A DNA stretch of 64,000 nucleotides from assembly GCA_038087875.1 (NCBI GenBank), contig CM075996.1, positions 9,922,001-9,986,000 on the forward strand, written 5' to 3'. The stretch's first letter is position 1. Each line of letters begins with the position of its first letter. Origin of the DNA: Malacoraja senta. Taxonomy: Eukaryota. Of the stretch, positions 12,448 to 25,655 are shown piece after piece. Both the position numbers and the translations under genes were made by a program. The notes beneath the pieces were generated by a model, which saw only the letters and a program-made list of their open reading frames with translations, ran no database searches and was not told the origin of the DNA.

Positions 12448-13059
12448 CAAAGATCCTATAGCGAGCAAGATGGTCCAATGGGCTGACGTGTAGTACGCAA
12501 CGGGGCGGAACCTGGGCCATTTCTTCGGCCATTTCAGTAACCTGACCCGACTTTGGTTCTCCCTCTCGCAGTGTAATCAACGTTGCGGGGGAACAGTTTG
12601 TGTTAATAAATTATAATTCACACACACATATATTTCTCCAGATTTTTATATATAATGATAAACTTTATTTCGGACTCAAGGCCCAGACAAGGACAACATT
12701 ACATAAAAATATATTGCAAACCTCCCCGCAACCTTACCCTGGCGTCCCAGCCGTGCTGATCCGGGCCAGACTTCCCACACGCTGTGGAAGGAACATAGGC
12801 ATCTTTTTGCTTTTTATTGTGAGGCAGAGAGGCAGAAAGAAAATGAGAACATTTTTAGCAAAGATCTTTGATTTTTACGAGGATGTTTCCGTAACTGGCT
12901 TCCGTCTCCGCACTAGTATCTTTGCTCCGCTATGGGATCTTTGATGCGGAGACGGAAGCCGGTTACGGAAATGGGGCCGAAGATTACCCATGAATCTGCC
13001 CATGACCGTACTACGTCTTTTTCGTCGAGTGGACTATCTTGCTTGCTATAGGGTCTTTG
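12448..13059. mobile_element. Non-autonomous hAT-like DNA transposon
   Basis: ~30-bp imperfect TIR CAAAGATCCTATAGCGAGCAAGATGGTCCA; perfect 8-bp TSD GTGGTGGG (12440-47 / 13060-67); interrupts a CR1 fragment. Confidence 0.85.
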
Positions 13060-13130
13060 GTGGTGGGGGCCTGGAACGCCATTTCCATAGGTGGGTGATG
13101 GAGGTAGATACAATAGTGGCATTTAAGAAA

Positions 13131-13942
13131 TCCCTGTCAGAATGGCAGGCAGTGACTAGTGGGGTACCGCAAGGCTCGGTGCTGGGACCGCAACTATTTA
13201 CAATATACATCAATGATTTGGATGAAGGGATTCAAAGTAACATTAGCAAATTTGCAGATGACACAAAGCTGGGTGGCAGTGTGATCTGTGAGGAGGATGC
13301 TATGAGAATGCAGGGTGACTTGGACAGGTTGGGTGAGTGGGCAGATACATTGCAGATGAAGTTTAATGTGGATAAATGTGAGGCTATCCACTTTGAGCAA
13401 AAACAGGAAGGCAGATTATTATCTAAATGGTGTCAAGTTGGGAAAAGGGGAAATACAACAGGATCTGGGGGTCCTTGTTCATCAGTCAATGAAAGTAAGC
13501 ATGCAGGTACAGCAGGCAGTGAAGAAAGCGAATGGCATGTTGGCTTTCATAACAAGAGGAGTTGAGTATAGGAGCAAAGAGGTCCTTCTGTAGTTGTACA
13601 GGGCCCTAGTGAGACCACACCTGGAGTATTGTGTGCAGTTTTGGTCTCCAAATTTGAGGAAGGACATTCTTGCTATTGAGGGAGTGCAGCGTAGGTTTAC
13701 AAGGTTAATTCCCAGGATGGCAGGACTGTCATATGCTGAGAGAATGGAGCGGCTGGGCTTGTATACTCTGGAGTTTAGAAGCATGAGAGGGGATCTTATT
13801 GAAACATATAAGATTGTTAAGGGTTTGGACACGGTAGACGCAGGAAACATGTTCCCAATGTTGGGGGAGTCCAGAACTAGGGGCCACAGTTTAAGAATAA
13901 GGGGTAAGCCATTTAGTACGGAGATGAGGAAACACTTTTTCA
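13131..13942 (+). mobile_element. CR1 LINE RT fragment
   Basis: SGVPQGSVLGPQLFTIYINDLD..SKFADDTKLGG and LVRPHLEYCVQFWSP; frameshifted. Confidence 0.9.
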
Positions 13943-14884
13943 ACCATATAGTCAGCAGACCATTTTCTGGATGAATCACAGCGGGCACCGATGACTCAAG
14001 TATGGTGGAGCCCACAATGGTCTATTGTTGGCTGTGGACAAGGTGATAATGAAGGGATACAAAGAATGAAACTAGCAGGATGTTTCCCTCCCCTGACTCT
14101 CAGTCTGAAGAAGGTCTCCACCCGAAACGTTACCTATTACATTTCTCCAGTGATGCCGTCTGAGCCACTGAGTTCCTGCAGCATTTAGTGTCTATCTTTG
14201 GTTATAAGCCAGCATCTGCAGTTGCTTTTTATTACTCTTTTATTACCCAAACTTTAAAGATTTTGGCCTCGGTCGCTTCTCGACCTCAGTCGGTGAGCAG
14301 TGGTCATTATGTTTGCTGCAGCCTCACCTTCAGCACTGGTGCCTCTTGGGTCATGTACACAGCCCCTGGTTCTGCTCCCTGTCACAGCCATCACTCTGTG
14401 GTCTGGTATCACATCAGCTCAATCTTGAACCAAAAACACCGTGCCTGAGGAACTCACTGGATCAGGCAGCATCTTCAGTCACAAGGTCATAAGTGATAGG
14501 AGTAGAATTAGGCCATTCGGCCCATCAAGTCTACTCCGCCATTCAATCATGGCTGATCTATCTCTCCCTCTTAACCCCATTCTCCTGCCTTCTCCCCATA
14601 AACTCTGACTCCCGTACTAATCTATAATCTATCGATCTCTGCCTTAAATATACGCACTGACTTCGCCTCCACAGCCTTCCGTGGCAAAGAATTCCACAGA
14701 TTCATCACCCTCTCACTAAAGAAATTTCTCCTCATCTCCTTCCTAAAAGAACGTCCTTCAATTCTGAGGCTATGACCTCTAGTCCTAGACTCTCCCACCA
14801 TGATTGATGGGCCTAATTCTACTCCTATTTCTTATGAACGCAGCCTCGTCATTCTTAGGATAGTCCCTTCCTTCCATGCAGTTA

Positions 14885-15449
14885 AGGACCTGTCCCACTT
14901 GGACGACCTAATCCACGAGTTTAGAAGACCCTAGACGAGTTGAAAAAAATGTCACGGTCGTGTTGACTCGCCGAAGTAAAAGACCTCCTACGACTGTGTC
15001 TACGACCTCCTACGACTATGTCTACGACCTCCTGCAACCCCCTCGACCTCAGTCTACTACACCTAAGACCAACAACGACTAGTTACGAGTGGACAATGAT
15101 CACATGATAAAATGATGTCATGTTCGCATTTTATTTCTCGGGCCAGTTACCGACCTACGACTACCTACGACTACCATCACGACCTACTACGACCTACCTA
15201 CAACTTACCTACGAGTAAAAAGTATCAATTTTTTCCATGCCGACCTTTTTTGTACTCGTGGACATTTTTTATCAGGCTGGATAAAATGGCACGACCTACT
15301 TGAGGCCACGAGTACGCGGAGACCACTCACGAGCATGAGGAAGAGTTACGAAGACCTCCTATGACCTCGTGGCCACCATGCTGCGAGTATGAGTCAAGGG
15401 CAAACTCGGCAGAGGTCGCCAATTAGGTCGTGAAAGTGGGACAGGGGCT
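14885..15449. mobile_element. PIF/Harbinger-type MITE
   Basis: Same TIR family; TTA TSD; interior built of CTACGAC sub-repeats. Confidence 0.8.
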
Positions 15450-17369
15450 TTAATCTTCACGCAATGCCTCAGGGAGGCTGGAAGTACAGTCCGTGATGAC
15501 TGTCACTGGCCAGTCCATTTTCTCTCTGCTGCCGTCTCGGAGAAAATAAAGGGGCTTGAAAGCTCGGATATAATAAATATTTAAGAACAGCTTCTTCCCC
15601 ATTGCTTTCCGATCCCCCGGATCAGTCAAGTCAAATCAAGTTGAGTTTATTGTCATATGCACAAGCACTGTGAATCAGAGATACAATTAAAATCTTGCTT
15701 GCAGCAGCAACACAGACACATACTCAGCCCATACATTGTACAAAAATTATATATATTCCATAAAACTGAAAAGAAAACGATTGTCCAAATTACAGGACAT
15801 TCGTACCATGATGCTCAATTAGAAAAACATGGTAGTCCAAGAGGTGTGCCACAGTGTTTGGTTGCTGAGTTAGCATTAGGGTCGCGCGTAGACAAAATGC
15901 TGGAGAAACTCAGCGGGTGAGGCAGCATCTATGGAGCAAAGGAATAGAGGACGTTTCGGGTTGAGACCCTTCTTCAGACTGATGTGGGGGTGTAGGGGGG
16001 GGCGGTAAAAAGGGGGCGGGAAGAGGTGGAGACAGTGGGCTGTGGGAGAGCTGGGAAGGGGAGGGGAAGGAGGGAGAAATTAGGGTCGTGCAATCAGTTA
16101 AAGTACCTGATGTTTGTAGGAAAGGAGCTGTTCCTGAACCTAAGATACACCTAGACACAAAATGCTGGAGTAACTCAGCGGGACAGGCAGCATCTCCGGA
16201 GAGAAGGAATGGATGACGTTTCGGGTCGAGACCCTTCTTCAGCCTGAAGCTGGTGGGGGACTTCAGGCCTCTGTACCTCCTGCCCGAGGGTAACAGTGAG
16301 AAGAGAGCACGGCCCGGATGGGGTGGGGATCCATGATGGTAGATGCCGTCTCCTTGAGGCAGCGCCTGGTGTAGATGCTCTCCATGGTAGGGTGGGCTGA
16401 GCCTGTGATGGTCCGGGCTGAGTCCACCACTCCCTGCCACCTCTTGTGTTCTTGTGTCATAGAGTGATACAGCGTGGAAACAGGCCCTTCGGCTCAACTT
16501 GCCCACACTGACCAACATGCCCCATCTGCACTAGTCCCACCTGCATGCGTTTGGCTCATATCCCTCTAAACCTGTCCTATCCATGTACCTGTTTAATTGT
16601 TTTAATGAAAGTTTCAACTACCTCCTCCGGCAGCTCGATCCATACACCCACCACGCTTTGTGTAAAAAGGTTACCCCTCGGGTTCCTATTAAACCTTCCC
16701 CCCCCCCTACATTAAACTTATGGCCTCCGTTCTCAATTCCTCTACTCGGAGCAAAATACTCTGTGCGTCTACCCGATCTATTCCTCTCATGATTTTGTGC
16801 ACCTCTATAAAATCACTCCTCATCCTCCTGCACTCCAAGGTCCCAGCCAACTCAACCTCCACTGTAGCTCACACCCTCGAGTCCTGGCAACATCCTCGTA
16901 AATCATCTCTGCACCTAGTCCAGTTTGACAACATCTTTCCTATGACATGTTGACAAGAGTTCTACACCATCGATCCTGAAATGGGGGCTCTGACCTCACG
17001 ATAGCAGCTGGGGAATTTAAATCCAACTAATTTAATTAATCTGGATTTTTTAATTAGCGGTTGAGTTGCTGCCTCACAGCACCAGAGACCCATGTTCGAT
17101 CCCGACTACGGGTGCTGTCTGTGCGGAGTTTGTACGTTCTCCCCGTGACCTGCGTGGGTTTTCGCCGAGATCTTCGGTTTCCTCCCACACTCCAGAGACG
17201 TACAGGTTTGTAGGTTAATTGGCTTGGTGCAAATGTCAAATTGTCTAGTGTGTGTAGGATAGTGTTAGTGTGCGGGGATCGCTGGTCGGTGCGGACTCGG
17301 TGGGCCGAAGGGCCTGTTTCCGTGCTGTATCTCTAAACTAAACCAAAACTATAGCCCCAGTATCAGTTA

Positions 17370-17844
17370 AGGGCCTGTCCCACGAGCATGCGACTGCATG
17401 CGGCAAGCGCGACCAAACCAGAAGCGGGGGCCGCGCGGAGGTCAAGTGATCCCCGTACAGGGCCTGTCCCACCAGCATGCGACTGCATGTGGCGAGCGCG
17501 ACCAAACCGGAAGCGGGGGCCGCGCGGAGGTCGAGTGATTGACGTGAAGTTCGAGCGAAGTCCGCGGGAAGTTCGCGCGTGACGTACGGCGTCAAGACAC
17601 TGCGTACGGCGTCGAGACGCTGTGCACGCCATCGAGGCGGCTGAGGGCCGGCAGGCCGTTGCCGCGTGGAATTTTTGGACAGTGTCAGTTTTTCGGAACC
17701 CCGCGCGATGTCGGGAGCAGCCCCGCACAACTCCATACGGCTCCGGCGATCGAAGTGGAACCGGCCCCGTGAGGCCGTACGGCTCAAGCGACCACGTTAG
17801 GTAGCGCTAGACGCATGCAGTCGCATGCTCGTGGGACAGGCCCT
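17370..17844. mobile_element. CpG-rich PIF/Harbinger-type MITE with a duplicated left end
   Basis: Long TIR AGGGCCTGTCCCACGAGCATGCGACTGCATGCG; TTA TSD; left ~80 bp repeated at ~17459. Confidence 0.85.
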
Positions 17845-18395
17845 TTAGTATGAAACTAAGGGAGTGTCGTTTCTACAACATCTTTACTATAAATTACTGA
17901 CCAAAACTGAACACAATATGTGGCCTAACAAACGTCTTATACAACTTCTATACTCAACTTCTATGCATCTCTTTGACACCACATTCCTGGAAGAAAATAG
18001 TCTTTTGCACCATTTGGATTTTGCATTACAATCTGTGACCATTCTGCTGCTTTTGTATTTATCAATATTGTGTGTAGACTGTTTACTCTGTAAGCTTCAT
18101 GCGAACAAGGAATTTAATTGTACACCAGTGTGTATGACAATGAACTAATGGCATCTAATCTAATCTAACCTGTGGCAATGTCAGAACTGCACAACTTTAT
18201 AAAGCTCAAGAAATTATTAATTTCATCCACATGAATGCCCTTGGTTATTTTAGTCTGCCTGCTGGATAGAAACCTCAAAACAAAAGGAAGAGCTGACAAG
18301 ACCTTCTCTCACTCAGGTCTCCAAATCATCAGGAAGGCTGGCTCCGTCCTGGGGGGCGGAGCTGGATTCATGGGAGGTGGTCTTGGGGGGAGGAT

Positions 18396-18520
18396 GGGAT
18401 GGAAGATTGCAACCTTCACGTGGTCCGCCCTGTTTCGACGAATGCAATCAACCAATCAAATAAGATCAAATAGAACAAGTTGTCCTACAACTAGGCTGTG
18501 CACGCCATACGCAAGAAGAA
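18396..18520 (+). mobile_element. Short retroposon, family B copy 1, minimal HDV-like ribozyme with (AAG)n tail
   Basis: Inserted in a Rex1/Babar fragment with TSD GGGGAGGAT (18387-95 / 18521-29). Near-identical to 56839-56979 apart from one P1 mismatch and a ~10-nt deletion. Confidence 0.85.
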
Positions 18521-21500
18521 GGGGAGGATGCTCCTTAAACTGCGGAGCATCCTGGACAATACAGCTCACCCCCTCCATGACACACTGGTCAACCTGAGGA
18601 GCACCTTAAGCAACAGACTGGTTCCACCAAGATGCAGCACAGAACGCCACAGGAGATCCTTCTTCCCTGTGGCTTTCAAACTGTACAACCCCCTTCTGTC
18701 GTGGGGTAGACTGACTCTCCCCCCCCCCCCCCCCCAACCCTAATCTTTGCACATCCCCAATCCTTTCCACTCATCACTTTAATGTCATGTTTCATGTATT
18801 TTGTGGTATTATGGAATAATAGTGTAAGGAATGCCTTTATTCTGCTGCCAGTGGTCAGACTGCAGTGACGGCATCCGGCCTGAAGGTGGGGCTGTGGGGC
18901 GTAACCGGGGAGAGGCCTAGCAGCAGGGCCCGGGGATGCAGCACGAGGCAGCTGCTGTAGTGAGTTGCTAAATAAAGACAGACTCCGATTACGTCGTTGT
19001 ACGAGCCTCATTATAAGAATAATTCGATATATTTTGTGTTTTATGACTGTTGGCAGATCAATTTCCCTCCTGGGATAAATAAAGTTCTATCGTATCGTAC
19101 CAGTCAACAGCAGTAAAGACACGAGGGAAATAGGAGTAGGAAGTCCCGGTGCCTCAAGCTTGTTCTTCCATTCAATATAATCAATGTTGTGTATGTTCTA
19201 GTGTATCTTTACTTTTGTATTATGTGGGGGTTGGGGTGGGGAAACTTTCTTTATCTCATTCCTCGACGGAGATGCGACTTTTTCCGTATTGTATCTCCGT
19301 CCGCACTGGGGCCTAACATCATGGAGCTGGCGGTCCCTTTGTCAGGGATCGACTTCGGGAGCTCCAACCACGGGAGCCTGCGGACTTAACATCGTGGAGG
19401 TCGTGGTCCCTGGTTAGGGATCGACTTTGGGAGCTCCAACCGCAGGAGCTTCGATCGCCCCGATCGCGGAAGCTTTGATCGCCCCGACGCGGGAACTACG
19501 ATCGGCCCGACTGCGGATGGTTCGACTGCCCCTGACCGTGGGAGAAAAGGAGGGAAGAAGATAATACGTTATTGCCGTCCATCACAGTGCTCTGTGGCAG
19601 ATGTATATGTTAACTTTTATGTAGTTGTGTGTCTTCCTGCTTCTTTGGAATGACTGTATGCCAAACCAAATTCCTCCTATGTTTTCACATACTTGGCTAA
19701 TAAATTCTTTGTGTCTTGTAATCGTGGCCAATCATGTAGAATAATGTCAATGTGCGGGGATCGCTGGTCAGCGTAGACTCGGTGGGCCGAAGGTCCTGTT
19801 TCTCTAAACTAAACTGAACTAAACAGTCCCTTCACTGTTTCTGCTCTGTATCTCTGAACTAACCCAAACTAAAGCTGCAGTGCCTGTAGGAAAGAACTGC
19901 AGATGCTGGTTTAAATCGAAGGTAGACACAAAATGCTGGAGTAACTGAGCGGGACAGGCAGCGTCTCTGGAGCGAAGGAATGGGTGACGTTTCAGGTCGA
20001 GAACCTTCTTCAGACTGATGTCAGGGGAGTGGGCAGTACACAGATAAGGATGTGTAAGGCATGAAAACAAGACACACAGGGAATTTTGTGTCTATCTTCG
20101 ATCTAAACTAAATCTTCCCCAGGCCTCAGCTCTCTTTGCACCAGAGACCACCATCTTTAAAAGACATATCTATCCCCAGTTCCTTCTGATGAGCCTAGCC
20201 CCACAACTCTCTTGACTAGAGAATTCCAGAGATTCACTACAATGCATGGGATGAAATTTCTAGGTAGCTCGATTTTAAAGACTGTTGCCTAATATTGATA
20301 CTGTGTCCCCCTCATCATCGACATTTACTATCCTGGACAGATTTGGTCTCCTAATTTGAGGAAGGACATTCTTGCTGTTGAGGGACTGCAGCGTAGGTTC
20401 ACCAGGTTAATTCCCAGGACTGACATATGATGAAAAAAACGGCCAACTGGGCTTGTATTCACTGGAATTTAGGATGAGAGGAGATCTTATAGAAACATAT
20501 AAAATTAGTTTAGTTTAGAGATACCACGTGGAAACAGGCCCTTCGGCCCACCAGGTCCGTGCCGACCAGCGATCCCCGCACATTTACACCATCCTACGCC
20601 CACTAGGGACATTTTTTACATTTACCAAGCCAATTAACCTACAAACCTGTACGTCTTTTGAATCATTCTTAAGGGATTGGACAGGCTAGAAGCAGGAAAA
20701 ATGTTCCCCATGTTGGGGGATTCCTGAACCAGGGGTCACAGTTTAAGAAAAAGGGGTAGGCCATTTAAGACTGAGATGAGGAAAAACTTTTTCACCCAGA
20801 GAGTTGTGAATCTGTGGAATTCTCTGCCACAGAAGGCAGTGGAGGCCAATTCACTGGATGTATTCAAGAGAGAGTTGGATATAGCTCTTAGGGCTATCAG
20901 AATCAAGGGATATGGGGTAAAAGCAGGAACAGGGTATTGATTCTGGATGATCATCCATGATCATATTGGATGGCGATGCTGGCTCGAAGGGCCGAATGGC
21001 CTACTCCTGCACCTATTTTCTATGTTTCTAAACCAACCATAGTCTCAGCAGTCTCTCCTCTTTACTGATATACTCCATCCCAAGTCAGATTGTGGGGAAT
21101 CTGCTCTGCAGCCTGTCCAGTTCTAGCACATTAGTTACGTTTAGAGATACAGCGGGGAAACAGGCCCTTCGGCCCACCAAGTCTACACCGATTATCGATC
21201 ACCCGTACACTAGTTCTATGCTATCCCATCCAATTAAATTACAAGCCTGCACGTCTTTGGTGTCATCCTATCGTGTGGTGACCAGAAATGCACGCAGTAC
21301 TCCAGCTAAGATCTGATCAATATTTCATGCCCGTCTGCTAAACACTTTAACTCCCCCTCCCATTCCCAATCTGACCTTTCTGTCCTGGGTCTCCTCCATT
21401 GTCAGAGTGAGGCCCAGTGCAAATTGGAGGAACAGCACCTCATATTTCGCTTGGGTAGTTTACACCCCAGTGGTGTGAACATTGACTTCTCTAACTTCAA

Positions 21501-23039
21501 GTAACCCTCTCTCTCCATCCCTCCTCCCTTCCCAGTTCTCCGACTTGTCTGACTGTCCTCATTTATATTTTATCACTATTTGCTTTGTTGTTACCTTCTC
21601 CCAGCTAACAATGATCGATTATACATTTTCCTTGATCTCCATTCCCTTTTTCTTGTTTTCACACCTTACACTTCCTTATCTCCTTCTCCCCTGACTTAGT
21701 CTGAAGAAGGGTCTCGACCCGAAACGTCACCCATTCCTTCTCTCCAGAGATGTTGCCCGTCCCACTGAGTGACTCCAGCTTTGTGTCTATCAATGTTTTA
21801 TGAGGTTGCCACATAAACTACCTGCTCTTGTACTCAGTGCTTTGTCTAAAGAAGACCAGTATCTCTTAACCACGTTATCTACCACCTTAATGGATCATTG
21901 GGCTTGCACATGAAGGTCCCTCTGTTTCTCCGTATTTCCAAGGACTTTACCATTCATGAGGATTATGCCTCATTGATTCTTGCAAAATGCATCACCTCAC
22001 GTTCATGTGGCCTTTCCTAGCCCATTCCACCAATACTTTGATACCACCCTGTTCACTAAGACCCTGTTGCTTAAAACTTCCTAATACTTTCCTTTAAGCT
22101 CTCAACCACTTCATTAATCTTCATATCATCTGCAAACACGTTAATCATATCTCCTATATCCACATCCAAATCATTCATGTCTATTATCAACAACAATGGT
22201 CCCAGCGCCTATCTGTTAGACCTGTCTCCCTTGTCAAAGGTCTTATTGAAGTCCATGTGGACTATATCTACAATGCTGGGTCTCTTAAACGCCACTATCA
22301 TATCTGCCACCTACATGGCACCACATGGGCGGCAGATGTATGCTCCTACCCCTGGCAATGTGTTCCAGGCACCCTCCGCTCCCTCTGTAAAAACTTCCCC
22401 CACACATCTCCCGTAAGCTTTGTCCTCTCACATTGAAACTATGATCTCTAGTCTTTGATATTTCCACCCTGGGGAAAATGTTTCTGACTGTCCAACCGAT
22501 GTCTCTCATAACTTTATGTACATCTATCAGGTCTCCTCTCACCTCCAACTCTCCAGAGAAAACAATCCAAGTTTGTCCATGCTTTCCGCATTACTAATAC
22601 CACCTAAACCAGGCATCACTATGGTATGGGCGTCTGAATAAGGGTCTCGACCTGAAACATCACCTGTTCCTTTTCTCCTGAGATTCTGCCTGACCCATTG
22701 AGTTAGTCCAGCTTTTTGTGTCTATCTTTGTTGTAAACCATCGTCTGAAGTTCCTTCCGACATATTACTCCGGTAAACCTCTTCTGCACCCTTTCCAGAG
22801 CCTTCACATCCTTCTTGGAATGGGGCGACCAGAACTACACACAATATTGAATTCAAGGGAGGTGGTCTTGGAGAGGAGGATGCTCCTCAAACTGTGGAGC
22901 ATCCTGGACAATACAGCTCACCCCCTCCATGACAACCTGAGGAGCACCTTCAGCAACAGACTGGTTCCAACAAGATGTAGCACAGAACGCCACAGGAGAT
23001 CCTTCTTTCCTGTGGCCAATAAACTGTACAACTCCTCCA

Positions 23040-23239
23040 NNNNNNNNNNNNNNNNNNNNNNNNNNNNNNNNNNNNNNNNNNNNNNNNNNNNNNNNNNNNN
23101 NNNNNNNNNNNNNNNNNNNNNNNNNNNNNNNNNNNNNNNNNNNNNNNNNNNNNNNNNNNNNNNNNNNNNNNNNNNNNNNNNNNNNNNNNNNNNNNNNNNN
23201 NNNNNNNNNNNNNNNNNNNNNNNNNNNNNNNNNNNNNNN
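23040..23239. other. Assembly gap (200 N)
   Basis: N run. Confidence 0.99.
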
Positions 23240-24987
23240 ATTTATGGAATTCCCTGCCACAGAGGGCAGCGGAGGCCAAGTCACTGGATGGATGTAAGAG
23301 AGAGTTAGATAGAGCTCTAGGGGCTAGTGGAGTCAAGGGGTATGGGGAGAAGGCAGGCACGGGTTATTGATTGGGGACGTTCAGCCATGATCACAATGAA
23401 TGGAGGTGCTGGCTCGAAGGGCCGAATGGCCTGCTCCTGCACCTATTTTCTATGTTTCTATGTTAACACTCTCCAGTGCTCTGCCACATCGCAAATCCTG
23501 AAGATGGACACAAAATGCTGGAATATCTCAATGGGTCAGGCTACATCTCTGGAGAAAATGGACAGGTGACGTTCAGACTACAGACTTCTTCAGACTGGTT
23601 GTAGCAGAGAGAGTGGGGGGGGGGGGAGAGTGGAAGTGCAGAAAAAGTAGGAACATTTTAATTTTTTTCTTTTCACTAATTGTTTCTCTCGATCTCCCTA
23701 CTAGAGGCAAAACGGTGGCGCTGCGGTAGAATTGCTGCCTTACAGCACTTACAGCTCCGGAGACCCGGATTCGATCCCGACTACGGGTGCTGTCCGTACA
23801 GAGTTTGTTCATTCTCCCCGTGAGTTTTCTCTGAGATCTTTGGTTTCCTTCCACACTCCAAAAACGTACAGGTTTGTAGGCTAATTGATTTGGAGTAATT
23901 GTAAAAACTATCTCCAGTGTGTGTAGAATAGTGTTAGTGTGCAGTGATCGCTGGTCAGCATGGACTCGGTGGGCCGAAGGGCCTGTTTCCGCGCTGTATC
24001 TCTAAACTAAACTAAACTAAACTATAACAGAACGTAAATGGGAATTGATGGGGTTGTGAGAAAGATATTTAAGTTGTCCCCATCTGCCTTCGGCCCACCG
24101 AGTCCGTACCGTCCAGCGATCCCCGCACATTAACACTGCTCTACACACACTGGGGACAATTTACAATAACACCAAGTCAATTAACCTTCAAACCTGCACC
24201 TCATCCAACCTCATCTACTGTCTCCGCTGTTCCAGGTGTGGGCCCCAATATATCGGCCAGACCAGGCACAGACTGGGCGGATGTTTTGCTGATTCCGCCT
24301 CTCATTTCCTCATGTCCCCTTCTACCCATTTGGCCTTCGTGATCTCCCGGTTTCCAAACTTTTTAACTCCCTTTCCCATCGTGACCTTTCTGCATTGGGC
24401 CTCCTCCATTGTCAGGGAGTCCATACACAAACTGGAGGAACAGCACCTCATATTTCACTTTGGATAACTTACTGCCCAATGGTATGAACATTGAATTCTC
24501 CAATTTCAATAATACCCCCCGACCCACTCCCCTTTCCCATGCTCCCATCCCACCGCGTACACCTTTCATGTTCACGTGATAGGAGCAGAATTAGGCCATT
24601 CAGCCCATCTGCCATCCATGGCTGATCTATCTCTCACTCTCAATCCCAATCTCCTGCCTTCTCCCCATAACACCTGACACCCAAATCTCCCACCACCCTT
24701 GCCTTGTTCCTTTCGTATACATCTCCCATTCCCCAGTTTTCCCTCATATCCCCCCCCCCCTCTTTCCCTTTCTCCCTGTTCCCTTTTACCCATATCCCTT
24801 CTTTCAGCTTTACATTTCACTCCACCTCTCCTGATCTGACACCCTTTTGTCTCCTGTCTGAAGAAGGGTCTCGACCCGAAATGTCGCCTATTTCCTTTGC
24901 TCCATAGATGCTGCCTCACCCACTGAGTTTCTCCAGCATTTTTATCTACCTTCGATTTTCCAGCATCTGCAGTTCCTTCTTAAACCC

Positions 24988-25655
24988 ATGCAGGTGCAGC
25001 AGGCAGTGAAGAAAGCGAATGGTATGTTAGCATTCATAGCAAAAGGATTTGAGTATAGGAGCAGGGAGGTTCTACTGCAGTTGTACAGGGCCTTGGTGAG
25101 ACCACACCTGGAGTATTGCGTACAGTTTTGGTCTCCGAATCTGAGGGAAGACATTCTTGCCATAGAGGGAGTACAGAGAAGGTTCACCAGACTGATTCCT
25201 GGGATGTCAAGATTTTAATATGAAGAAAGACTGGATAGACTCGACTTGTACTCGCTGGAATTTAGAAGATTGAGGGGGGATCTTATAGAAACTTACAAAA
25301 TTCTTAAGGGGTTGGACAGGCTAGATGCAGGAAGATTGTTCCCGATGTTGGGGAAGTCCAGAACAAGGGGTCACAGTTTAAGGATAAGGGGGAAGTCTTT
25401 TAGGACCGAGATGAGAAAAAAAAAATTCACAGAGAGAGTGGAATTCTCTGCCACAGAAAGTAGTTGAGGCCAGTTCATTGGCTATATTTAAGAGGGAGTT
25501 AGATGTGGCCCTTGTGGCTAATGGGATCAGGGGGTATGGAGAGAAGGCAGGTACAGGATACTGAGTTGGATGATCAGCCATGATCATATTGAATGGCGGT
25601 GCAGGCTCGAAGGGCCAAATGGCCTACTCCTGCACCTATTTTCTATGTTTCTATG
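24988..25655 (+). mobile_element. CR1 LINE 3' fragment (others near 4040, 7205, 7640, 8620, 11745, 20335, 28065, 37645, 43170, 45755, 57900)
   Basis: KKANGMLAFI..RPHLEYCVQFWSP..RGDLIETYKI, 3' UTR ending in (TTTCTATG)n. Confidence 0.9.

Noticed and set aside
14990..15215. CRISPR-like short repeats
   Set aside because: Irregular CTACGAC sub-repeats inside a MITE in vertebrate DNA, with no spacers.
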